From: Mustelus asterias
Lineage: Eukaryota
DNA: 64,000 bases
Direction of reading: 5' to 3'
Assembly: GCF_964213995.1 (NCBI RefSeq)
Contig: NC_135825.1
Span: 11,966,001 to 12,030,000 of the forward strand
Shown here: positions 25,201 through 37,200 of the stretch, in pieces
How positions within the stretch are numbered: position 1 is the first letter of the stretch
How the letters are laid out: every line of letters starts with the position of its first letter
Position numbers and translations under genes: made by a program
The notes under the pieces: model-generated
Database searches by the model: none
Told to the model about the DNA's origin: nothing
Seen by the model: only the letters and a program-made list of their open reading frames with translations

Positions 25201-28200
25201 CTGTTACATTATTTTTTGCCCACAAGGCACTTGGAGCTGAAAAGACAACAGATTAAAAATTGAACTGAAAATAATTGCTCAATACAAACAGATATATTTC
25301 AATAGGATTTACCACTGTGTTCAGAAAAATCTCTCCAATACATCTTCTAATGCAATAAAATACTTCCTTGTTTGATATCGTTGGGCTCAGTGAATATGTG
25401 CTTCCTGCGGATTGATAATTAGACAACCATATTGAGATTGTATAGTAAGACCTTTATAAAGCAAGACCTTGAGAGGTTTTATTAATCTTTTAGACCTGGT
25501 GGAGTTCTGTAGTGCTCACCATAAACATGTGGTAATTCTTTATTTTCATTTTGTACTATAGAAGCACAGTCCCTTCACAGCTGGCTCCTGGAGTTATTAT
25601 ATTCTCATACAGCAATTGTCAGACAGCAGATTGTCTGCTCAGGGTCACATTGCTCTTGGAGAGAGCTTATTGCTCACAAATTGGTGCTGAGCTTCCTACA
25701 TCACAACAATGGCTCTGAATCAGTTCCAGCATTGACCAGAACTGACTGTTAAAGCGAAAAAAAAATGCAATACTATTTTTATTAAAATTGCTTTGAACGA
25801 CCAACAGAACTAAACCCGTGAGCAATTCAGACAGACATTAATTTAAAAATTAGTTGAATTTTTTGAAGCTTAAAGTGATATTTACCAATGTTGCTGATTT
25901 GTGTTAAGTAACTGCAATCATTCTCTGAAATGTGGATCACTGACACTGTAACCATTTCACTGGATTTTTCTCCCTGGTGATTTGAGGCTGTGCAGTAATA
26001 TTGATGATGTTGCTGTTTGAAGGATTGACAATGTAGATCCAGTTTATTGGTGTCAGAGATGTTTGAGTCTTCAGGTGGGGTCTTTTCATACCATGTGTAC
26101 TGAATGGGAAGTGATCCCTGATCAGACTCACAGGAGACAGACATTGAGCCCCCAGAACATGAGGCATTTGGTGGTGATAGAAATTTAAGCTCAGGAACAG
26201 ACACGGGTTCTGTGGGAAAAAGACAATCATTAATGGATTTTCACAGTAACTTCATTGCAGTGTTAATGTAAGCCTACTTGTGACACTAATTTTAAAAATC
26301 TTCAAATTTAAACATTAAAATTTTGAATTTAGAATGACTAAAAATTAAATAATTTCATATTACTAATATTTCTACACCTCAACCAGGGTGTGAGGAGGAA
26401 GAGAAAGTGTTAGATGGAGAGAGAGATGGCAGTGGGAGCTTGGCCGAATGCAGGTAGTATCTATTTATTGCTTTCATGGACAGCAGATATCCATGATAGC
26501 AGATTAGATAGCAACAAGCATTGAAGTGTGACCTGAGATAGAATGTGAGTGTTTAGAAATAGAAACCTTACAATGCAGAAACAGGCCATTCGGCCCATCA
26601 AGTTTGCACCGACCACAATCCCACCCAGGCCCTACATCCCTACACTTTACCTGCTAATCCCTCTAACCTACGCATCTCAGGACAGTAAGGGGCAATTTTA
26701 GCATGGACAATCAACCTAACCCGCACATCTTTGGACAGTTGGAGGAAACCGGAGCACCCGGAGGAAACCCACGCAGACAAGAGGAGAATGTGCAAACTCC
26801 ACACAGACAGTGACACAAGCCGGGAATCGAACCCAGGTCCCCGGAGCTGTCAAGCAGCAGTGCTAACCACTGTGCTACCGTGGCGCCCCACGGTTTGCTG
26901 AGATAACGGAGACTTAGATATCTTTTTAACAATCGAATCTTGAACTGAATTCTCTGATATCGAGTGATCCACCCCCGCTGCCAGTTGGAATAGGGAAATT
27001 GGGGATCAGCAAAATCTCCATTCAAAGCAGCGGGACTGGATAATTCCAGCTGCGGACGGGTTCGGTGAATTCCGGCCATTGTTTGCATTTGTATTTAACA
27101 TTTAACAGTAAGTACCATTTAACATTTAAGTGTGAATACTATTTCAAGTCGAGGGCGGGGTTTTATGGCCTCGAATGCGCGAGACTGGAAAATCCCATCC
27201 AATGTCAACAGACATTTCCGTTGTCTGCCCCACACCTGCTCCGATACCATGGCGGGCGAGGCAGTAAAATTCCGACGTAAGTATCATCCAAAGGGCATGA
27301 GCTGGGAGATAGAAGCTATCCACTGGCAGTAACTGGAACAGTTAATTGGGGAAACTGGTTTGAACTGGTCTTTTTGTACTGAGTCCCTTTGTTTTTGAAC
27401 ATATAAATTCAGGCATTCTCAGTGCAACCAGCACTGGAGTCTGACTCCGACCGACTCTGGAGGTTTAATGAGCTGAAGGAATTTACTACAGGGGAAGAAG
27501 TGAGTTGTTGGTGAGTATCTGGTGAGTATCCGGGAAGTGGTCAAGGTCTATTGTCCAGGCATCGGGAGCAAGGGTGGGGTCCTTGCCAACTTGTTAACCA
27601 GGAGTGCGGGTTCCAAGGTGCAATAAATCTGACTCCATCTCTCTGGATCATTACTCTGGGCCTCTGAATTACAATTCCTCCAACATGATCATTGTGCTAA
27701 CTGCCCTCTAGCTGCCAGACTCTGCACTGCTGCGGAGCCTCGGGATATCGGAGCTGTCAATGTCTCCTCCCAGATAAAGCACCGATCAGACATTTCAGTC
27801 ACGAGTAATAAAGATAATCACTGAGAACAATGTACCGTCAGATATTTGTAGCTTTACAGGAAATATTGAAAGGAAGCCGGGCTTATCAATTCCACAGCTG
27901 TACCATCCTGCATCTCCTGAGTGAAGATCCTCCATAGTAACAACAAATAATCCTTGTGTCTTGTTATCTGTGATCGACATTCTCCCTCGCTGTCCATCTG
28001 GATCGTCTGATTTTACCAAAACAGAGCACTGATGACTCCAAGATTTCACATGTGACTGGGACAATTTGTCATAGTGACAATCTATAGTGATCGATCTTCC
28101 CAAAACTCCTGTTACATTATTTTTTGCACACAATGCACTTGGAGCTGAAAAGACAACAGGTCAAAAATTGAACTGAAAATAATTGCTTAATACAAACAGA

Positions 28201-31200
28201 TATACTTCAATAGGAATTACCGCTGTGTTCAGAGAAATCTCCATTACATCTTCCAATGCAATTGAATACCTCCTTGTTTGAGATGTTGGGAACATTAATA
28301 TCACAGGTGGAATTTTCCAGAAAAAATACAAATTGTCAGGTTGGGACTGAAAACTGGTAATTTTCTCTCCAGAAAGACAGCCAGGTTTTCCCACCAGATC
28401 CCCCGACATTTACCCCAAAAAATCAGGGGGCGTGGCCTGTGCTGTCACTCTGATGGGGCGGGGCCTGATTGAGCTGGCAAGGCCGTCTCCATAGAGATTT
28501 GGGCACCATTTTTAAAGTTGATGTGAACTTTCAGATAGAGACCCCCCCCCCCCCCCCCCCACCCACCCCAACACTGCCACAGATATCAGGCCCCACCCCG
28601 TGGACATCAGGACCCCCAGTGAACAAGGGGGCCACCTCTCACATAGAGGGTGATCCTCCCCTCAACATCCTACCACTCAAAGGTTAGGGCACTCCACCTA
28701 TTCCGCAGAAGGGTCAGGGTGACCAACTCCAGCCCATCTCCACCATCATTGTGGCATTCCCACTCCAACCCCCACAGCAACAATGCCCAAGCCCCCAATT
28801 CACAGTCTCAACCCCAATGCAGACACAAACTCCCCCCGCCCCTACTACCCACAGACAGGAGGCCCCACCCCATAGACATCGGGGCCCCCAGTAGACACGG
28901 GGAACAGTATTCCAAAGAAGGTCCACGGAATTCTCCCCAGACCTGGGGAAAGCTTATCTCTCAAACAGCAATTTTCAGACAGCAGATTGTATGCTCATGA
29001 TCACATTGCTCCTTGAGGGAGCTTATTGCTCAGAAATTGGTGCTGAGCTTCCTACATCACAACAATGGCTCTGAATCAGTTCCAGCATTATCCAGAACTG
29101 ACTTTAAAACTGTCCTGAAGTTGTGAAAAGCGAAATAAAATGCAATTCTATTTTTATTAAAATTGCTTCGTGCAATAGCACTAAACCCGTGAGCAATTCA
29201 GACAGACATTAATTTAAAAATTAGTTGTAATTTTTGAAGCTTAAAGTGATATTTACCAATGTTGCTGATTTGTGTTAAGTAACTGCAATTCTTCTCTGAA
29301 ACGTGGATGACTGACACTGTAACCATTTCACTGGATTTTTCTCCCTTGTTATTTGAGGCTGTGCAGTAATATTGATGATGTTGTCGTTTGAAGGATTGAC
29401 AATGTAGATCCAGTTTATTGGTGTCAGATATCTTTGAATCTTCAGACGGGGTCTTTTCATACCATGTGTACTGAATGGGAAGTGATCCCTGGACAGACTC
29501 ACAGGAGACGGACACTGAGCCCCCAGAACATGAGGCATTTGGTGGTGATAAAAATCTAAGTTCAGGAACAGACACGGGTGCTGTGGGAAAGAAACAAACA
29601 TTCAGAAACTGACTGAACATCTAAAAATCAAACACTCTGTGAATTTCAGCTCATCAACCTCTCATTCAGGGTCAGTCATGTTGCAATCTCACCAACACAT
29701 CCAGCTCTCCATATCTCTCCATCCTCCAAGCAGCCTGAACTACAACGTCTGCTATTATATCAGAACATCGCAGCTCTCCAGATCGGACCATGAAGCATGA
29801 GCTAAAGATTTAAATTAATTGGTGAATGGATTAGAGGAGATTTGGGGAGATTGGTTATTTCACTTGGGGGGATGTTGAGGGCCTGGAACTCACTGCCTGG
29901 AAGAATGGTAGAGGGTGGAAGAGGCGGATAGCCTGATTACATTAAACAAAATGGAATAAACTTGAGATGCTGCAACCTACAGAGCTCTGGATCAAGAACT
30001 GGATGGTGGGATTAGATTGGATTGCTTGTTCAGTCAACCCAGTGGGGCACAGTGGCACAGTGATTAGCACTGCAGCCTCACAGTGCCAGGGACCCGGATT
30101 CAATTCCAGCATTGGCTGTGTGGTCAGTGTGGAGTTTGCACGTTTTCCCCGTGTCTGCGTGGCTTTCCTCTGGGTGCTTCAGTTTCCTCCCACAACCAAA
30201 GATATGCAGATACCCACGGGGAGGTGATGGCCCAGTGGTGTTATCGCTCGCCTATTAATCCAGAATCTCATCTAATGTTCTGGGGACCAGGGTTCGAATC
30301 CCGCCATGGCAGCAGTTGGAATTTGATTTCAATAAAGAAAATCTGGAATTAAGAATCTACTGATCACCATGAAACCATTGTCGGTTGTTGGAAAACCCAT
30401 CTGGTTCACTCATGTCCGTTAAAGAAGGAAATCTACCATCCTTTCCTGGTCTGGCCTACATGTGATGTCAGAGCCAAAGCAATGTGGTTAATTCTTGACT
30501 GTCCTCTGAAATGGCCTCACAAACCTCTCAGGATGGGCAACAAATGCCACCCAGCCAGCGATGCCTATGTCCACAAATGAATAAAACAAATACTGGCACC
30601 TCCCACCAGGCACCAAGCAGTGCCAAAGTGGGTGGTGCTAGCGTGGGTGGGTGGCATTCTGGGGTGTGTGGCCTATTGGGGGCTCAATGAGTTGGGGGGT
30701 TTTCAGTGACACTGTGCACTGGGATCAGTGGGAGAGGGAGAGAGGAGGGGGATCAGGGCTGGCCATCTGGGTGGGGGGAGATCGGGGCTGGCCCGGGAGA
30801 GCTCTGGTAGGCCAGTGGTTGGATGGTTGTGGGGGGTCGGGATGGCCAGCGATCGGGAGGCCAGCGGTGAGGGGGCCAGTGTGCATGCGCCACTCTCCAC
30901 GGTGACAGATCGGTGTGTGTGCAGTGGCTCACTCAGCAATACGCTGCCGGCCTCTCCAGTGGGATTTGGACCCGCCGATCACATTTCAGACGGAATCACT
31001 CTGTCTTGGAGAATCGTTCTGGTCCGGCCCTAATATTGTTAAATGAGCCTCTTCAGACACTGGAGTTGCAACACATCAAGGAAGCTGATCAGGAAACATG
31101 TACTCCCTGTGTTGTGGGATAGCCCGTCAGTGAGCTGCTTGTCTCTGTTCATTCCTTTGTCTTGTGGAGCTCAGGGTCTGTGTGGAGGAGGCAGTTGCTG

Positions 31201-34200
31201 CTATTGGTCACTTGGGTCCTTAAGGGTGAAAAATATACAGACAGGTACACATAAGAGCCTGGCACACTGTCACCTGGGAAAGAGACATGAAACAGGCACT
31301 GACTTTCAGTACAGACAGCCACCTGAGATTAAATCAGAAAGGACAGACAGCTATTCAAAGTTGAGCATGCAGGAATCAAATCCTGCTGGTAGCCAGCCAG
31401 GGCTGAGGTACTCTTAAGGATAAGGACAATAGGGTTGGATAATGAGATTCGCTGCAGGTGGGATCGGGAATACATAACTGCAGGAAAACCAATTACTGTA
31501 AATTACTGTCTGAATAGACCGAAACTAAAACCATTGATGGTCACTGATGTAGGAAATATATCCATTCATAGAACAATGCGATGTTAACATGGTTATGTCT
31601 GTATCTGTCTGTGTTAATGATCGATCACCTACTTGATTACAATGATGTGATAATGGCTAGATGTCCGGTCCGTCTATTGTGTAAAGGGTATAAAGATGGA
31701 CTGCTCCTATTGTCTCATTGAGAGAAGGTTTGCTGCTTGTTAGTGCCTTTTCTCCATGAAGCTTCGTTAAAATAAAACTATTCTTGAAACCTTCAAACCT
31801 GACTCAGTGGTACATTTCCCACAACAATTGGCACAGTCGGCATGGATCCTATTACTGGTGAGATCGATTGGCCACGATCGGAGCCGGGGTAGAGATCACT
31901 GAATCTGTGAGTGTCAGACAAGGTCAAGAATACAGTTTGCAAGGGGTTAATCTTAAGGGGTTAAACTTAAGGGGTATTTGTAGTGATAAGTTTTGTTGTA
32001 TATGATATACTGATAAGTACTAACTGCTGATAGTGATAAGTAACTGTTGCTTGTGCTCACACTGCCTTTGACCAGCTGTTAAGAGGAGGAACCTCCCACA
32101 CGAAGGCCAGGAGATTGAAGTGGGTAAAGAGACACCAAGGGCACTTAGGATTGTGAAGCACAAGTGGCAGAGTTCGGTTAACATCAAACTCTGTCGTGGC
32201 GAACAAACGCAGAGTTGCCATCTGATTGCATGAAAGTTTGGAAAGTTGGGAACTGTACTGTCAATGTTGTGAAAAGCGGGGCAGAAAAGGAGCTTGATCA
32301 TCTCTGACCTAAACCGGACTCCGGTGGAGAAGCACCTTGCCGAGGTGGTAATAGTGGAAGCTGTGAGTATAACTTGAAACCCTGTAACGGTAGTGAAACA
32401 CGGTGCTAGAGTAGTAATAGTGGCCGGGGGTAGCGAAGTCCCTACGGTAGAGAGCACACTTTACTAGGGAGTAATCATGGCCGGGGCTAATGAAGTCTGC
32501 AAAATAGCAGATAATGAAGTTAAAAGGGGACCTGCAGGTTCTCTCTTTGAAATTTACATGACAGACAGGAAAGAGTTAATAAAGAGAATGCAAAAGGATG
32601 GCTGGGATGCGTCTCAGACCTTAGAGCAGCAGAGAAAGTGGATAGATAAAGAAAAGAGAAACAAGACAAAGAAGATAGGAGTAATGTTAACACATCAGTT
32701 AGCTGGTCTAATTGAGCAAGTAGTCGCCTCTACTAAGAAGTGGAGTGAAGATAAGGAAAGGATTGGAGAATTAGAATCCCGAGTGAGGGAACTGGAAAAG
32801 CAAAACGAGGTTTTAGAAGAAAAGCAATGGCGAGAGGAAACTGTTCCTCTACCTCCTTATGAGTCCACACAGCAGGGACCAACCGCTCCTTCAGATGAGT
32901 GGGAAGCGCTAGAACACAACGTAGTGCCAGTACCCCGAGGGGGAACAAATGCACGACTAAAGGCAACTTATCAACCCTTCACCCCAGGTGAGAGACAGCA
33001 GATAATGGCTTCCCTGGGTAAATTACAACCGAGAAGCACAAACACTAAATTCTGGGAAGAATTAGACACAATCTGGATAGGACACCAATTACACCTTAGA
33101 GACGTACACCAGCTGGTCAGGGCAGCCTGTCCAACGGATAAGTGGAGGCAGGTAGCAGGTGGACCCGCCGCTCCTCCAGCACAGGATTATAACAAGGGAC
33201 GGTGGACACATGCAGTCGCCCTAACATCGGAGATAGATGCCCAACCTTTACCCAGTTTAAAGCAGAGATTCAGAGGGTATTAGGGAATGCTCCCACCAAC
33301 TGGAGCAGAATTACCACAACAAAACAGTCAAAATGGGAAGGAGCTTCTGAATACGGGGAACGATTGTTCCAGGTATATCAAGAGTGCTCAGGACAAGGGA
33401 ACCCAGGTCGAGGGGATCGAGCGTTCATCCAGGCTTTTAAGAATGGACTCTCCAGCGCTCACCAGGTCATCCTAAAAATGGGAGTGATTATGTCCCAAGA
33501 TTACGCTGAGTTGGTAGAGTGGGCTAGCGGAGTACCGGGAGAAGAGAAATCCCAGGCAAGAACAAGGCTGGAAAGAGTAGCAGCCTACAGTAATGGGAAT
33601 GGAACAAAGTCTAAACTGACTTGCTACAATTGTGGCCAGCGAGGACACTTTGCGAGGGATTGCGGGACTCCACGGAAAGGGAACAGATTTGGGAACAGTG
33701 GGAAACATTGCAGCCACTGTAATAAATATGGACACACAGAAGCAGCGTGTTGGAAGAAGCATGGGAAACCCCCGACCCGATCCATGACCACAGCAGAACC
33801 GGAGGAACCACAGGACCTCCGGGGTCAGCAAGATTGACGGTCTGCAGCCCCCATTCACAAGGATAAGAAGGAGGGAAGGATTTACGTGTCAGTACTAGTA
33901 GGGGGCAGACAATGTGAGATGCTAGTGGACACAGGAGCGTCCATATCTGTCACCGACTTACCCTTACCCACTACAAATAAAATGATTTACCTGACCGGGA
34001 TAGGAGAGAACAAAACACCCGCCTACCTGAGCGAGACCACCTTAGTAGAGATAAATAATCTGTACATACCAATGAGGTTTTATGTGTGCAAAAATAACGA
34101 GGGTACAATAATGGGAAATGATCTGAAGAAAGAATATGAGATTCTGATAGACTGGAAAGGGAGAATTAATCTGGCCAAGACAGGACGGTCAGAAAACTAG

Positions 34201-37200
34201 AATAGGGAAACTTACAAGTCACCTCGAAACTATTAAGGTGGCCACAGTCACCACCAGAAATTGGGAATTAGAAACAGGAGGGTTCAGAGCCATCTGTGCC
34301 TCCGTCCCTGGAGTATGGGCTAAAACGAAGTTAGAAACCGGTTTGACTAAAACGGACTCAATAAAGGTCCCGGGACCGGAGCATAAGCCACACCGACAAT
34401 ATCCAATAAAACCAGAGGCAGAGAAAGCTGCAGTGGAGATAGTTAAAGGGTTAGTGGAAAGGGGGATTCTGAGAGAAACCACAAGCACCACTAACTCCCC
34501 AACATGGCCAGTGAGCAAGCCTGACGGAAGCTATAGGCTCACGATAGATTACACCGGACTCAATAAAGTCACGTCCAAATTGCACCCCATTGTAGCAAGC
34601 CCTTCGACAATCCTGAATGGACTGTACAGGAGCATAAAATATTCACAGTGTTGGACATAGCCAACGGATTCTGGTCCTTACCATTGGATCCTGAATCCCA
34701 AGACAAATTTGCCTTTCCAGTGGGAGGCAGACAGTACACTTGGAGTCGTTCACCACAGGGATTCCACAACAGCCCCGCTATATTCCATCGAGCAATGAGT
34801 GACATCCTGAACAGAGTAGAACTGCCAGAGGGTAGTAAGATCCTACAATATGTAGACAATATCCTGATAGCTTCGGAGTCCAAGTCAGGACATCAAGAAG
34901 CCTTATATTTAGTACTGAATGAATTAAAAGCCGCAGGGTTAAAGGTGAGCCCCAAAAAGGCACAAATCGGGAAAACACAGGTCCTATACCGAGGACGCCT
35001 TATATCCCAAGGACTTAAAGAAATGCCAACGGACCGAAAGAAGGCAATACAACAAATGCCGCGACCCATCACCGGAAGAGGGGTCAGAAAGATGCTCGGA
35101 CTATTCAACTACAGCCGGAGTTTCATCCCAGGGTTTGCAAAATTAGCAGAACCCATACAAAGACGAGTCAATGGGGGAAAACCAGCTTTAGATCCTGTAG
35201 AATGGGGACCTGAGCAGGAAGAGGCTTACACTAAACTAAAAACAGAACTGATATCAACCCCTGGACTAGGATTACCCGATTCTAATAAGGACTTCCATAT
35301 CCATTGTAGTAATGAGGGAGGGTTCTATTCCGCCATGGTAACACAAGACCATGGCGACAGAAAGAGATGATGTGGAGATGCCGGTGTTGGACTGGGGTAA
35401 ACACAGTAAGAAGTTTAACAACACCAGGTTAAAGTCCAACAGGTTTATTTGGTAGCAAAAGCCACACAAGCTTTCGGAGCTGCAAGCCCCTTCTTCAGGT
35501 GAGTGGAAATTCTGTTCACAAACAGAGCATATAAAGACACAAACTCAATTTACATGAATAATGGTTGGAATGCGAATACTTACAACTAATCAAGTCTTTA
35601 AGAAACAAAACAATGTGAGTGGAGAGAGCATCAAGACAGGCTAAAAAGATGTGTATTGTCTCCAGACAAGACAGCCAGTGAAACTCTGTGGGGGTTACAA
35701 ATAGTGTGCCATGAACCCAATATCCCGGTTGAGGCCATCCTCGTGTGTGCGGAACTTGGCTATCAGTTTCTGCTCAGCGACTCTGCGCCGTCGTGTGTCG
35801 CGAAGGCCGCCTTGGAGAACGCTTACCCGAATATCAGAGGCCGAATGCCCGTGACCGCTGAAGTGCTCCCCAACAGGAAGGGAACAGTGTTGCCTGGTCA
35901 TTGTCGAGCGGAGCACTTCAGCGGTCACGGGCATTCGGCCTCTGATATTCGGGTAAGCGTTCTCCAAGGCGGCCTTCGCGACACACGACGGCGCAGAGTC
36001 GCTGAGCAGAAACTGATAGCCAAGTTCCGCACACACGAGGACGGCCTCAACCGGGATATTGGGTTCATGGCACACTATTTGTAACCCCCACAGAGTTTCA
36101 CTGGCTGTCTTGTCTGGAGACAATACACATCTTTTTAGCCTGTCTTGATGCTCTCTCCACTCACATTGTTTTGTTTCTTAAAGACTTGATTAGTTGTAAG
36201 TATTCGCATTCCAACCATTATTCATGTAAATTGAGTTTGTGTCTTTATATGCTCAGTTTGTGAACAGAATTCCCACTCACCTGAAGAAGGGGCTTGCAGC
36301 TCCGAAAGCTTGTGTGGCTTTTGCTACCAAATAAACCTGTTGGACTTTAACGACAGAAAGAGACCCATAGGATATTATTCCACAGCAGAAGGGCCGGTAG
36401 TCACCGGACTGCCAAGTGCATAGCCGCCTTGGATTGCCCCACCTGGGCCGTAAAGGTGAGCGAGCCAGTAATCATGGCAGGGAATAGGACAGGAGACAAT
36501 TGGCAAACTGCCAATAGCAGCAACAGAACAGACAGGAGACGAAATACATATTCGGGACTTACATGAGGATACCCCAAAGGAGGAAAAGGAGAAATGGAAA
36601 GCACAGGGAGCAGCCAAAGGGACTGATAACATTTGGAAACGGGAAGATAAGGTAATAGCACCAGAGCGCATACAAAACACCCTATTGGAACTACACCATG
36701 GACTCTCACAAGTGGGTAGAGAGGCCATGATAACTAGTATAGGAAAGGAATGGTGGTGGAAAGGAATGGGAAGAGATATAGCCCGACACTGTCACCGATG
36801 CATGACGTGCGCGCAACACAACCCTGGTAGACCCATAAAATTTAAATGGGACACCAGCCGAGACCAAAGGGACCCTGGGAACATCTGCAATTATATTTCA
36901 CACGGCCACTACCACAATCCCATGGCAAAACTTATTGTCTGGTTATTATAGACCAGTTCACCAGGTGGGTAGAAGCATTCCCTACGACAAATTGTACTGC
37001 TACCACGGTGACTCGGATATTGGCAGAAGAGGTAATCCCTAGATGGGGTGTACCCCTGCAAATTGATTCGGACCAAGGGACGCACTTCACTGGAAAGCTG
37101 GTAAAATCAGTATGCCAATTAATGGGGATACAACAAAAATTTCACATCCCTTACCACCCACAGAGTTCTGGAATGGTGGAATGTATGAATAGAACACTGA

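Larger units (their letters stand above)
12440..29590. repeat. Intragenic tandem array, five units of about 2.6 kb (V exon + C2-like exon + introns)
   Basis: Homologous V donors at 13920, 16497, 19081, 24928, 27836; spacings 2577, 2584, 5847 (with LINE and SINE) and 2908 (with SINE); introns alignable. Confidence 0.95.
35368..36350. mobile_element. Penelope-like element fold-back insertion (441-bp inverted arms)
   Basis: 13-bp TSD CGACAGAAAGAGA at 35355-35367 and 36351-36363; GIY-YIG C-terminal remnant VGEHFS...GLNRD; arms 35429-35869 and 35910-36350. Confidence 0.92.

Noticed and set aside
12437-29601. Repeated alternative-frame ORFs (MIVFF..., MLPVDSFY...)
   Set aside because: Shadow frames of C2 exons or of duplicated intron sequence; they recur only because of the tandem array.
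35656-36123. Two near-identical 142-aa ORFs on opposite strands
   Set aside because: A consequence of the palindrome; only the C-terminal half is a real GIY-YIG remnant.
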